Below are positions 1 through 9,395 of a stretch of DNA of 37,109 bases, one piece after another. This DNA comes from an uncultured Alphaproteobacteria bacterium (lineage in GTDB: Bacteria > Pseudomonadota > Alphaproteobacteria > CAKMZR01). The stretch's first letter is position 1, and each line of letters opens with the position of its first letter. Location: NCBI GenBank assembly GCA_929200455.1, contig CAKMZR010000001.1, positions 1 through 37,109 of the forward strand, in the 5' to 3' direction. Made by a program: the position numbers and the translations under genes. The notes beneath the pieces are model-generated. The model saw only the letters and a list, made by a program, of their open reading frames with translations. It was not told the origin of the DNA and ran no database searches.

Positions 1-25
1 AACACCCCATTTTTTCGCTAATTTT
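1..25. repeat. Left copy of a 25-nt imperfect direct repeat present at both window ends (AACACCCC-A-TTTTTTCGCTAATTTT)
   Basis: 1-25 matches 37085-37109 at 24/25 positions (position 9 A versus 37093 C); read directly from sequence. Confidence 0.9.
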
Positions 26-32
26 CAAATCG

Positions 33-413
33 GTGGTCAGGACTTTTTTTATGGATGATGATATAAACGAGCTCGAGCGGCGATTGAAAAAAGAGCAGAT
101 ACGGAAGACGGCGGCTGATGCGAGAAAGGCTGAGGTTGTGGCTGACCAAGCGGAAGGCAATGTTCTCCCAGTTGCGAGTGTTCAACAAATGCTGTCAATT
201 TTTCAACGGAACATGAACGCTCCGTTGCGTGATTTTCCTGATATTTTGGTGAAAGATGTCATGCATCTTTTCCCATCAAAGAACAGAAAGAAGGCGGAGA
301 TGGAGTTGCGGCGGAGTGCTGAGTTGCTTTGTGAGAAAATGAACGGCGTCTTGACAAATCCTGATAGCTTGATTTTCACTGATGAGGGGGAGGAGGAAAA
401 AAATGAGAAATGA
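33..413 (+). CDS. Putative terminase small subunit (start uncertain: GTG 33 or ATG 51)
   Basis: Small charged ORF immediately upstream of and overlapping the large terminase gene. Assigned by position only; no clear SD. Confidence 0.4.
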   Translation: MVRTFFMDDDINELERRLKKEQIRKTAADARKAEVVADQAEGNVLPVASVQQMLSIFQRNMNAPLRDFPDILVKDVMHLFPSKNRKKAEMELRRSAELLCEKMNGVLTNPDSLIFTDEGEEEKNEK

Positions 414-2346
414 TGAGAGTGGGTATGCGGATGTAGGTGACGTCTTTGCAAAAGTTTGGGAGGCTTCAAAGTTTAAAAAGAGGATAAAGTTGGCGGAGTG
501 GGCTAGTCAATTTAGGCGTATGAGCAATGTTGATTCGGCTCTCTCAAAATGGTCATCGTCACTTGTCCCTTGTTCAGAAGGGGTGATGAACGCTTTGAAT
601 TCTGGGAAGTATCGGCGGTTCACTTTGGTGGCACCGACACAAACCCTCAAAACAGAAATCATTCTGAACAAAACACTTTACCATATTGACAGAGAACCGA
701 CTGGTATTTTGATTGTTTTCCCAGATGAAAAGCTGGCACGAGGTTTCTCAAAAGGGCGTTTGACCAACGCAATTAATGCAACGTTTGGTGAAGGGTCCCA
801 GCTTTATCAAAGCGTTGAGGTTGATCGCGGTCGGGGGAGGCAGGCACAGGACAACACCATCGAGAGAAAAGTGACTATGAACGGCACTGAGATTGATATT
901 GTTTCGGTCTTGGCGAAAACGTCAACCATATCACGTCCTCGTGCGTTGGTTTTTGCGGATGAGGTGGATCACTACCCAGACGCAACGCGGCACCTTGACG
1001 ACCTGTACGGCAGAACACAGACCTTTATCAACGGTCAGCTTGTGCAGTCTTCGGCTCCGAAGGGTGATCATTCTGTGATTTTGGCACAGTACTATAAAAG
1101 CTACGGCTTTATTTGGAACTTGAAGTGTGTTAATTGCAGGTCATTTTTTGCACCTGAGTGGGAGATGGTCAGAGAAACAAACGCGGGGGGGCGGCTGAAG
1201 TGTCCGTGCTGTGATAAGCTTTTGACACAAAACATGATAGAGAGAGGCAATAAGGCGGGGAAGTGGTTGCACGATCCGAAAACCTCACCAATAGAAGGTT
1301 TACACATTGGACACAGATGCAACGCGTTTGCATCACCCTTCATAACGCTTGATGAGTTGATTGCTGAGCATAAAATCGCGGTGGCTTTGTTTGAGGAAAA
1401 TGCAGATGACGGCGGCTTACAAGCCTTCTTCAACAACAGAATGACCCAGAATGTGGCGGTGAAACCAATCATGGGAGAGGGCTTTGACCCGTCATCTTTG
1501 CGTAAGGGTTTTACGGGTAAATCATTACCTTTGGAAGTTGACTTTTTGACGTGTGCTATAGATACTCAAGACCAAAGGATTGAGTTTGAGGTGGTGGGGT
1601 GGTCTTGGGATTTGCAAAAAAGGTGGGGCGTGCAATACGGCAAAATTGCGATGCCTAATTCTTATGGCTCTCCTGCCACTCCTTCTGATCCGCAACTTTG
1701 GTTGGCGTTTAAGAAAATGGTCTGGAATCATCCTTACGAAACCGTGGGCGGTAAGAAGCTGGGAATATGTGCGGTGATGGTGGATAGTGGTGGGCATTAC
1801 ACGCGGCAGATTATGAAGTTTTGTCATAATCATAAAAACAGTTTGTTTATTCCGATAAAGGGAGTTTCCTTGGAAAGGCAAGATGCACAGACATGTTCAC
1901 CTTTCTCATTCAACTCGTGGCGGCGTTCGTACGGAAAAAACTGGGAGAATAAACCTTACATGATAAATACCAACTTTCTGAAGTCATACCTTTTCCGTGA
2001 ATTGGCGGCGTCTGAGAAAAAAACAGGGAATTGGCAATATGCAAAAGGTGGGGGCTATGATGATGTTTTTTTCACGAACCTTCTGACCTCAGAAATTCAA
2101 GATATTGTGAGGAGTCGGAATGGCAAGGTGAGTGTGAGGTGGGTGCATCCTGATAGTAAAATAAGGAATGAACCTGTTGATTTAATGGTTTACAATTATG
2201 CGGCGGCAAATGTGATTTATCAACTTTTGGGGGGTAATATAAGTGGGGAAAACATTAAGGCGGTTCTGAAAAAAGTATATCGTGGGGATGAGAGATTTTT
2301 AGAGGTTGACAAAAACGGAGAAGTGGTTGATGATGGCGGTGAATGA
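403..2346 (+). CDS. terL: Terminase large subunit, lambda GpA-like type
   Basis: 648 aa from ATG 403, preceded by GGAGGAGG (ORF-track start 382 is less likely). Size, first-large-gene position and the Cys knuckle CVNCRSF...CPCC resemble GpA-family terminases. Confidence 0.8.
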   Translation: MRNDESGYADVGDVFAKVWEASKFKKRIKLAEWASQFRRMSNVDSALSKWSSSLVPCSEGVMNALNSGKYRRFTLVAPTQTLKTEIILNKTLYHIDREPTGILIVFPDEKLARGFSKGRLTNAINATFGEGSQLYQSVEVDRGRGRQAQDNTIERKVTMNGTEIDIVSVLAKTSTISRPRALVFADEVDHYPDATRHLDDLYGRTQTFINGQLVQSSAPKGDHSVILAQYYKSYGFIWNLKCVNCRSFFAPEWEMVRETNAGGRLKCPCCDKLLTQNMIERGNKAGKWLHDPKTSPIEGLHIGHRCNAFASPFITLDELIAEHKIAVALFEENADDGGLQAFFNNRMTQNVAVKPIMGEGFDPSSLRKGFTGKSLPLEVDFLTCAIDTQDQRIEFEVVGWSWDLQKRWGVQYGKIAMPNSYGSPATPSDPQLWLAFKKMVWNHPYETVGGKKLGICAVMVDSGGHYTRQIMKFCHNHKNSLFIPIKGVSLERQDAQTCSPFSFNSWRRSYGKNWENKPYMINTNFLKSYLFRELAASEKKTGNWQYAKGGGYDDVFFTNLLTSEIQDIVRSRNGKVSVRWVHPDSKIRNEPVDLMVYNYAAANVIYQLLGGNISGENIKAVLKKVYRGDERFLEVDKNGEVVDDGGE

Positions 2347-2363
2347 ATTCGTGAGGAACGGAA

Positions 2364-2888
2364 ATGATATTTGAAAGTGATGTAGACTTATTTTTTTTGT
2401 ACGGGAGAAGTGGGCTAATCCCAAACGACAACGAGTTGGTTTGCGGCAAAAAACTCAACCGTGTGCAGAGTGAAGGTTTTTCCGATATGGGAACCGAGGT
2501 TGATTCGGGGGTGATGTTGAGTGTTTTGGAGGTCAATGCTTTGGGTGGTGATGAAAACCACAAAGTGGAAAAACAGGTGAGATTGCAGTGCGAATATGAA
2601 TATGATGGTTCTCAGGCGATAGCGGCTTTTGTTGAGGTATACATCATGAACGCTTTCACAGGTGAAACTCCGTTGGAGAAAAAGTTTAAAGAGGCTTTGA
2701 GTGCTTATGATGTTTTGTTGAGTGGCGGGCAGGTATCGGGATCGCTGGGCGGGCGTTCATTCTCAAATTACACTCCTGCTGATTTGAAAGAAACGATAGG
2801 AGAATTGCGGAGTGCGGCGGCAAATGAACGGCATCGCGTCGCGGGTAACTTCAATAAAACCAGACCGTTTATAGTTGAATTACCGTGA
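2364..2888 (+). CDS. Hypothetical protein between terminase and portal
   Basis: 174-aa ORF filling the gap; its stop overlaps the portal start (GTGATG). No recognisable motif. Confidence 0.5.
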   Translation: MIFESDVDLFFLYGRSGLIPNDNELVCGKKLNRVQSEGFSDMGTEVDSGVMLSVLEVNALGGDENHKVEKQVRLQCEYEYDGSQAIAAFVEVYIMNAFTGETPLEKKFKEALSAYDVLLSGGQVSGSLGGRSFSNYTPADLKETIGELRSAAANERHRVAGNFNKTRPFIVELP

Positions 2889-4324
2889 TGCTGGGATTTG
2901 GAAGTAAAAAAGACAAGGTGGTGGAGACAACGGCGGTGGCGGCAACAAGGTTGACGGCAAGGCATATATCTTTTTCTGGTGATGCACCAAGCTATCTTGA
3001 TAAAAAAGGCTTTATGGAGAGATTGGGCGGTTTTTTGTCAGGCGGGGTTTTTGGCAATGCAAAAATGGCGGCTTATGATCACCATGAAGATGCCTATACA
3101 CTCATATCTTGCTGTCGTGAAATTGCGGCGAAGTCACCTATCGTAGCTTCATATGTGAATGCAATTCAAAACAATATCACTTCACCTTCACCATCGGTGT
3201 CATTTATATGTGAAAGTAAAAGCGAAAAAGACAAGGAAGGTCTTGACAAGATTAAGATGCTTTGGGAGAAGTGGCGTGCGGATAAAAGTAATTTTTCGTC
3301 GACGGTAACGGCAGAGAGTTTTGACCAGATGTTGATAGCGGGGGTGATGATAGGCGGGGATGCGGTGGTGCTGCCTTACAAAAAAAAAGACGGCAAGATG
3401 GGCGTGCAATACGTTCCTGCGGAGTTTATTGGCTCTTCAAAAATGGACGGATGGGACTCGGAACATGCCTATGGTGTAGGCAGAGACAAATACGGCAATA
3501 TTGATGCGGTGTATTTAAAAAAGGAGGTCGGATACAATCGGATTGCAATTCAAGATTGCATTTTCATCCGTCACAATCCGATTCCATTACGTGAAAGAGG
3601 ACTGCCAGCGATTGCACCCGTGCTTGAATACATCGCAAGGTTGGATCGCTTGGACAATGATTTTTTGAAGATAACGGCTTTAGCGGCAAAACTTCAGGGG
3701 ATTCTGGTGGGCGGTACTTCTGAGGCGGCAAAGAGTGGGGTGTCAACGGCAAAGCTTGACGCGGGCAATATCAAGATTTTTGACAAGGAACTAATGGATG
3801 AGGGTGGTGCGATTTTTCATCAGATGGACTCAAAAATGCCTAATCAATCTGTGGTTGCAATGCGTCACCAGATGATGATGACGGTATCGGCGGCGTTGGG
3901 GGTGGCTTATGAGACGTTGGTGCATGATTTTTCCAAGGCAAACTTTGCGTCAAGTCGGGGGGCGTTTTTGCTTGAGCGGGATATGTATGTGAAAATGGGG
4001 CGGTGGTGGCAAGATGAATACCTCCGACCACTGTTCAACTTCTGGTGGCATATGCAGGGTTCAAAAGAGGCGGCGGCGGCGGGGGTGAATATCACCGATG
4101 CGATCTTGACGGCGGTGAGCAAACCCAAATTTGATACGCGTGGATGGGAATCGGTTGATCCAAAAAAGACAGCGGAGGCTTATTTGTTGCTGTTGAAAGA
4201 TGGCATAATTTCCCGTGAGACGATAGCAAACAAGATGGGCTTTGACTGGGAGAGGGAGCAGACGCGTCTTGAGGGTGAGAGCAAAAAAGAAGAAAAAGTA
4301 GTTGACAATGAAGAAGAAGAGTGA
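2885..4324 (+). CDS. Portal protein (lambda gpB-like size and position)
   Basis: 479 aa, located between the terminase and the prohead protease, with an acidic C-terminus. Assigned by synteny and general resemblance. Confidence 0.7.
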   Translation: MMLGFGSKKDKVVETTAVAATRLTARHISFSGDAPSYLDKKGFMERLGGFLSGGVFGNAKMAAYDHHEDAYTLISCCREIAAKSPIVASYVNAIQNNITSPSPSVSFICESKSEKDKEGLDKIKMLWEKWRADKSNFSSTVTAESFDQMLIAGVMIGGDAVVLPYKKKDGKMGVQYVPAEFIGSSKMDGWDSEHAYGVGRDKYGNIDAVYLKKEVGYNRIAIQDCIFIRHNPIPLRERGLPAIAPVLEYIARLDRLDNDFLKITALAAKLQGILVGGTSEAAKSGVSTAKLDAGNIKIFDKELMDEGGAIFHQMDSKMPNQSVVAMRHQMMMTVSAALGVAYETLVHDFSKANFASSRGAFLLERDMYVKMGRWWQDEYLRPLFNFWWHMQGSKEAAAAGVNITDAILTAVSKPKFDTRGWESVDPKKTAEAYLLLLKDGIISRETIANKMGFDWEREQTRLEGESKKEEKVVDNEEEE

Positions 4325-4803
4325 CAAGGTGCAATCACGAGTTGAATTTGGGAACAAAAAAAATGATGTACACTGCTATTTTTGCACAAGACGCGACTGG
4401 GTCAGTCGATGGGCGGCGTGTGCGGTTGAGTGGGATGGATTTGGATAGGGTGAACGGGGGCGGTGTACCTATCTTGACTAATCACAGTACTCTTTTTGAG
4501 GGCGTAAAGGGAAAAGTGATTAAGGCTGAGGTTGTAGGGCATAAGCTTATTGGCTTGATTGATGTTTACGATAAAGACTTGGCAGATATGATAAATTCAA
4601 GGATGGAGAAGGGTTCTGAGGTGGGGTTGTCCGTGGGTTTGGGGGTGAGATTTAAGGACGTTGATTGGGATAAGGAAAAGCGGGAAATTGTCTATGAAAA
4701 ATCGACGTTAACGGAGTTGAGTTTGGTTGCAACTCCTGCTTTGACTGGTGCAAAAATACTAGAAAAAGCTGAAGAAAACAAACAACCTGAACCTACAACC
4801 TAA
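4321..4803 (+). CDS. Prohead maturation protease, HK97 (S78) family
   Basis: Motifs GLSVGLG and LTELSLVATPAL are typical of HK97-type prohead proteases; lies between portal and capsid. Start is GTG 4321 or ATG 4363. Confidence 0.75.
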   Translation: MTRCNHELNLGTKKMMYTAIFAQDATGSVDGRRVRLSGMDLDRVNGGGVPILTNHSTLFEGVKGKVIKAEVVGHKLIGLIDVYDKDLADMINSRMEKGSEVGLSVGLGVRFKDVDWDKEKREIVYEKSTLTELSLVATPALTGAKILEKAEENKQPEPTT

Positions 4804-4820
4804 GATGGAAGGAATTTGAA

Positions 4821-6494
4821 ATGAGCAATCATAACGTGAAGTTTGAGAACGGCGGGCAGTTTAAGGCGACGATGGACGTCGGCGGCGGCAATGCGGCTTT
4901 TGAGGCTTTGGTAAAGCGTGAAAAAGAGATGGGAGACGGGGGTAAAGATTTTGCATCGTACGATGCAAAAAATCCTGATGCGAAGCTTGAGGCGGGAGCG
5001 ATCAACCAGAAGTTGGAACAGAGCGTCGGCAAGGTGAACTTTGATGCACAAGAAAAGCAACCAGAGGTTGCAAAGGTGGAAGATAAGCTTTCTGCTGGTG
5101 ATATTGCACGCAATGCGTGTGCTTTGGCGGGGGTGAAGCCAGAAGGGAAGGCTTTTGATGAGAGTGTGGGCAGGGTTTTTTCCCTAATGGAAAAGAACCC
5201 CACGATCTCGGCGTCGTCGATTGAAGCTTCAGAGATGATGAGATTGCAAAAAGCTTCATTAGAAATCGATAAACAGCCTGAAAAAGAGGGCTTTGATTTG
5301 AAAAATGCTGGGCGTGTGGTTGTCGGTGATAAGGTGGCGGGGGAGCAACCAGAAGCGGCGTTTGATGTGTCACTTGCCTCACAGATGTTGCGATTTGGCA
5401 TTACAGACAACCCAGAGTTGAAGGGTATTGTTGAGGGGGAAAACGAATATGCTTTTGATTTGCGTTCTGCTGGTGGGCGGGAAGGCGGGAGGGCGGCTGA
5501 CAATGCCTTTATGTCTTTGATGGCGTTTGCGGGAAGTAAAGAAGAGCGTGACGATAAGGCTGAAAAAGGTCTTTTTGTGTCAAGTGCTAATCACAACTTT
5601 GACGTGAGAGTCACGGGAAGTGATGCTGATGGTAAGTCGTTGGTTGACACTCAAAAAGCGAAGGTGTTTTCTCGCTTTTTTGTCCCTCACCTTGCCAAAC
5701 AACTTGGGCTTTCACCGACGATGGTGAAGAAGGGCGGCGGGGATTATCGTCAGGTTGCGGTGCGTGTGAGTTCAAATAAGATTTTGCACAAGGGCGAAAT
5801 GGTGAATGCTGAAGAAACACTTTTTAGGACAGATAGCAACACCTTTAAACCCAAAAGGCTCACGACGAAGGTGGTTTTGAGCAATTTGACTGAGATTTAT
5901 CAACCTAACATTGTGGGCATAATTCGTGATTTGCTCTTGAAGGGCGTCATTGCGGAGATGCAAGATGTGATTTTGACGGGTAGTGGGTCTGGAGAGGAAC
6001 CAAGGGGATTGATTAACTTCACTTCAACCGCGGCAAACCTTGGGGTTTCTGCGGCTTTGAATGTGGCGGGTTTCAACGGCATTTCTCAGACATTTGCAGG
6101 TCAGACTGGGTTGCAATTTGATCCTTATTCAGTGAGGGTAATCACCAGTAAAAAGGTTGCGGACTACTTGAAAAGTGAGCAAAGGGTTGTTAATGGGTCG
6201 GCTTTTTGGAAGGGTTCGAGTTTGACATTTACAGATAAAACGGGCGTAATCGATGATGACTATGTTGCTATTTCAGCTTACGGTATGCCTAAGAATGGTG
6301 CGACAGAACAGTTGTTGATTTTGCAACTCATGGATGTGTTTATGCTTTATTGGCAAAATGCTAATATATTGATTGATCCGTTTGGCGTGAATGCGGATAG
6401 GGATGCGATTTCAATAACCTTAAATGCCTATTGGAACTTGGGGGAGGCATATAACGGTGCGGCGGGTGCGGTGAAGTGTAACAATATTGCTTGA
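4821..6494 (+). CDS. Major capsid protein, HK97 fold, with long N-terminal scaffold/delta-like extension
   Basis: 557 aa directly after the protease. The C-terminal half has a capsid-family-like segment (VILTGSGSGEEPRGLINF); the N-terminal ~250 aa is charged and Ala-rich. Confidence 0.75.
   Translation: MSNHNVKFENGGQFKATMDVGGGNAAFEALVKREKEMGDGGKDFASYDAKNPDAKLEAGAINQKLEQSVGKVNFDAQEKQPEVAKVEDKLSAGDIARNACALAGVKPEGKAFDESVGRVFSLMEKNPTISASSIEASEMMRLQKASLEIDKQPEKEGFDLKNAGRVVVGDKVAGEQPEAAFDVSLASQMLRFGITDNPELKGIVEGENEYAFDLRSAGGREGGRAADNAFMSLMAFAGSKEERDDKAEKGLFVSSANHNFDVRVTGSDADGKSLVDTQKAKVFSRFFVPHLAKQLGLSPTMVKKGGGDYRQVAVRVSSNKILHKGEMVNAEETLFRTDSNTFKPKRLTTKVVLSNLTEIYQPNIVGIIRDLLLKGVIAEMQDVILTGSGSGEEPRGLINFTSTAANLGVSAALNVAGFNGISQTFAGQTGLQFDPYSVRVITSKKVADYLKSEQRVVNGSAFWKGSSLTFTDKTGVIDDDYVAISAYGMPKNGATEQLLILQLMDVFMLYWQNANILIDPFGVNADRDAISITLNAYWNLGEAYNGAAGAVKCNNIA
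4949..4970. repeat. 22-bp perfect palindrome TTTTGCATCGTACGATGCAAAA (copy 1, inside capsid gene)
   Basis: Read directly. Self-complementary and translated in frame as F-A-S-Y-D-A-K. Confidence 0.95.
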
Positions 6495-6503
6495 TGAAAG
6501 GAA

Positions 6504-6821
6504 GTGATGATGAGTAAAACAGTTGAAAGTGTGAAGATGTATGCCAAAGTGCCTTTTTTCAAGCCAGACGGCGAGATGGTTAAGGCGGGGACGGTGGTGA
6601 CAGAAGAGGATGCGAAGAGGTGGGCAGTAGGTTCTCAACATATCACCACCGATCGTGACAGTTGTGAAGATACAACCGTGCATGTGCCTCAGGTGCAATT
6701 GCAACCTCAGGTAGGCGGTTTGTCGCAAGATGAGGTGGCGATTTTGGTTAAGAAGGTTGAGGAAATATCAAAAGAAAACCAAGAGATGAAATCACAAATA
6801 GCAAACTTGAAGGGTGCGTAA
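6504..6821 (+). CDS. Hypothetical head-module protein
   Basis: 105-aa ORF right after the capsid gene, with GGAAG upstream. Possible starts are GTG 6504, ATG 6507 or ATG 6510. Confidence 0.5.
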   Translation: MMMSKTVESVKMYAKVPFFKPDGEMVKAGTVVTEEDAKRWAVGSQHITTDRDSCEDTTVHVPQVQLQPQVGGLSQDEVAILVKKVEEISKENQEMKSQIANLKGA

Positions 6822-6822
6822 G

Positions 6823-7080
6823 ATGGCACAGTTGGTTATAAAAAAACTAGTCAACCAAGAGTTGATTATTGAAGATGCGACGGTTGATGAGGACGGCAAC
6901 TATGTTGTGGACGTTGATGATAGCGTGGCTGAGGTGAGGGGGTATTTTACTCAACTGGGGGTTGATGGGGAAAGGGTAAAGACGAAGGCTGATGTTGATG
7001 CGGAGAGGGTGCGTCGTCGCAAGAGGGGACTCAGAAAAACACAACCAGACCAATCAAACCAATCGAAGAAAGGTAAATAA
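6823..7080 (+). CDS. Hypothetical protein with basic C-terminus
   Basis: ATG 6823 lies just after the upstream TAA; the ORF-track start at 6814 overlaps it. 85 aa. Confidence 0.5.
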   Translation: MAQLVIKKLVNQELIIEDATVDEDGNYVVDVDDSVAEVRGYFTQLGVDGERVKTKADVDAERVRRRKRGLRKTQPDQSNQSKKGK

Positions 7081-7082
7081 AA

Positions 7083-8072
7083 ATGACTAACGTAACCACG
7101 TTTGCGGGTTTTAATAGGGCAATTATCACGCCATCTGGCGGCGATGATGCAACGGTTTGTTTGATTGAAGGTGTTTTGCGGGGTGATTTGGCTGAAGAGA
7201 GGACAGAGAGTGATGCGTTTTCAGGCAGTAGTGAGGTGATTGCGACTTTGTTAACTGCGGGAAAATCAACTTTGACGTTAAGTGTGAACCAAACGCCACC
7301 CGAATTGTGGCGGTTGTCGGGTGGAAAGGTGATAGTTGATACGACAGGAGCAACGGGTCCTAGGTTGCATTATCCTTCTTCACAATTAATAAAAACCGAT
7401 CCAGAAACACCCCAGATTTCATCCAGAAGTGGTTCTGCCATGTTTTTTGAAGGCAACAACGCGGGGGATGTGCCTGCGGACGTAGGTCACATCTCTTTTT
7501 ACGTGCAAATGACGCAAGGCACAACTGATTACACATTTTCATCCGTGAAGGTTTGGCGGGTGGATGGTGGTTATATCAAAGAGGTTGCAAACGGCAATGT
7601 TCCTGATGTTGGTTTCCTCAACCGCAAGTTGGTATATGAAACAACAAACTTGAATTTGACAACTACTTCTCATAGCTTACGAGTTGACGGTTTGACCCAT
7701 TTTCATATCAGTGCTTATTCAACTCAAGAAAAAAATACGGATATAGGTAAGTTTTCACAGGGTGGTCAGGGAGAAACGGTGGGCTACTTTGTTGATATGT
7801 ACGAGAGTGGGCAAGGTCATTCCGTTTTGCGAATTCCGAATGGCGGTATTATAGGAAAAAGACCATTCGTGTCACTCATGTTGGTGGGAGATACACCAGA
7901 AGGTGGTTCGAGTCGGACTGTTCTATTTCCAACTGTGAAATTGAAGCCAATGGGTATGCCTGGCTTTGAGGCGAGGGCGTTCACAGAGACTGAATTGGAA
8001 GTTGATGTACGTAAGAGTGGCCTTATCGGGGGCTACACACATCAACACATGCTTGTCAACATGACAGATTAA
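7083..8072 (+). CDS. Hypothetical virion structural protein (possible major tail protein)
   Basis: 329-aa ORF in the head-tail region. Assigned by position and size only. Confidence 0.4.
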   Translation: MTNVTTFAGFNRAIITPSGGDDATVCLIEGVLRGDLAEERTESDAFSGSSEVIATLLTAGKSTLTLSVNQTPPELWRLSGGKVIVDTTGATGPRLHYPSSQLIKTDPETPQISSRSGSAMFFEGNNAGDVPADVGHISFYVQMTQGTTDYTFSSVKVWRVDGGYIKEVANGNVPDVGFLNRKLVYETTNLNLTTTSHSLRVDGLTHFHISAYSTQEKNTDIGKFSQGGQGETVGYFVDMYESGQGHSVLRIPNGGIIGKRPFVSLMLVGDTPEGGSSRTVLFPTVKLKPMGMPGFEARAFTETELEVDVRKSGLIGGYTHQHMLVNMTD

Positions 8073-8086
8073 GGTGGAGTCGGCAT

Positions 8087-8386
8087 GTGGTTTTTTCAAC
8101 GAAAAAGTTTTATCATCCGTCAATAACAAACGCTCTCAAGGTTGACGGCGACGACACAACCTATAGGTGTGTGTACACGTATGTGAGAGAGAGTGATGAC
8201 GGCGTGACCAATTCACAGCACACCATCACAATCCCAGAAGAGGTTGAGGGGGCGATAAAGACGGGTGCGAGATTGACGATCGACGGCACAAAGCGGTTCA
8301 AGGTGCAACGTATAGTTGCGGCTGAAAAGTGGGGTAGAAAGGGTGGTATGGGAGAACTGACAATCTTTTTGACGGAAGAGGCTTGA
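8087..8386 (+). CDS. Hypothetical head-tail module protein
   Basis: GTG start with AAGGTGGAG 7 nt upstream; 99 aa. Confidence 0.5.
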   Translation: MVFSTKKFYHPSITNALKVDGDDTTYRCVYTYVRESDDGVTNSQHTITIPEEVEGAIKTGARLTIDGTKRFKVQRIVAAEKWGRKGGMGELTIFLTEEA

Positions 8387-8387
8387 G

Positions 8388-8852
8388 ATGAAAACAGCAT
8401 TTTCTCATGATTTGAATAAGCTGAAATCAATCGTTTCGGCGTGGGCAACCGATAAGGGCTTCGAGCAACCGACGGTTGCACCCGATCCGACTCCGTGGCT
8501 TGATGAGGATGTGGATAGGGACGGTAAAAAGCGTGTTCATATCATCCCCAAAATTGAGACAGGGGTTGAAGTTGTCGGCGGTTCAGATTTTGGGAAGGAA
8601 GTTGAGGTGTATCGGCATTTTCAAGTTTTGTTTTTTTGGAATGTCTCGGGCGATATAACGGTTGAAAGTTGGTGTGATTTCCGTGATGAGATAGATGGGC
8701 TTTTACCTATTATTATCAAAAAAACGCGGCGAGAAGTTGAGTGGGTGAGTGAGAGTTTAGATTTTGCGGATAATTTGGGTAATGTAGGTTCTGGCAACCT
8801 GCAGTTGTCGGCGGTGCTTAAAATTGCGTCAAGGGTGGTGACCTTGATATGA
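8388..8852 (+). CDS. Hypothetical tail-module protein
   Basis: 154-aa ORF, contiguous with its neighbours. Confidence 0.5.
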   Translation: MKTAFSHDLNKLKSIVSAWATDKGFEQPTVAPDPTPWLDEDVDRDGKKRVHIIPKIETGVEVVGGSDFGKEVEVYRHFQVLFFWNVSGDITVESWCDFRDEIDGLLPIIIKKTRREVEWVSESLDFADNLGNVGSGNLQLSAVLKIASRVVTLI

Positions 8853-9394
8853 AAAAAAAGAACAAATACAATGAACCCCACACCCACATCTTTCACGCTT
8901 GGCGTTATGATATAGTTTTGGATAAGTGGACCCGACCTGCAACCTTGAAAGACTACCAGAGGTTGACTTGGTTTCCTTACGAGTTTCTGCGTTTAGTGTA
9001 CATCTTGAGGGTGTGTATGTATCCGAGGTGTACGCTTTTTGAACTTTTTAGGATGTGGGTGAAGGGCGATTTACCGTCTTTGATGAGAAAAATACATACG
9101 ATTCTTCTTTATGCAAGACCCGAAAAAGGTGACGGGATTGCGGCGGCGAATACAACCGTGACGGATATGGAGGTGCTGAGTAAGATTGAACAACAAAAAG
9201 CAATCAAGGCGTTTCTGGTGTTAATTCAGGCGGGGATGAGTGTATGTGATATTGTGAATTTGACGGCTTATCAGGCACACGTTTTGCAATCAGGGATTGG
9301 TATTGAGGAGATGAAGAAGAGTGGTAATTTTGATCCAAAACAACTAACCCAGATGGACGACCCGCTTAATCGTACACCAAAAAGTGGAGGTTGA
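8849..9394 (+). CDS. Hypothetical protein at the tail-assembly-chaperone position
   Basis: 181-aa ORF immediately upstream of the tape measure; ATGA overlap with the previous gene. Confidence 0.45.
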   Translation: MKKKNKYNEPHTHIFHAWRYDIVLDKWTRPATLKDYQRLTWFPYEFLRLVYILRVCMYPRCTLFELFRMWVKGDLPSLMRKIHTILLYARPEKGDGIAAANTTVTDMEVLSKIEQQKAIKAFLVLIQAGMSVCDIVNLTAYQAHVLQSGIGIEEMKKSGNFDPKQLTQMDDPLNRTPKSGG

Positions 9395-9395
9395 T

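Noticed and set aside
8822-8860. A possible G/GT-type -1 programmed frameshift between 8388-8852 and 8849-9394, upstream of the tape measure
   Set aside because: The -1 frame is open only from 8822, and I see no X_XXY_YYZ slippery heptamer before the stop at 8850. The A8 run lies after the stop, and the downstream ORF has its own ATG.
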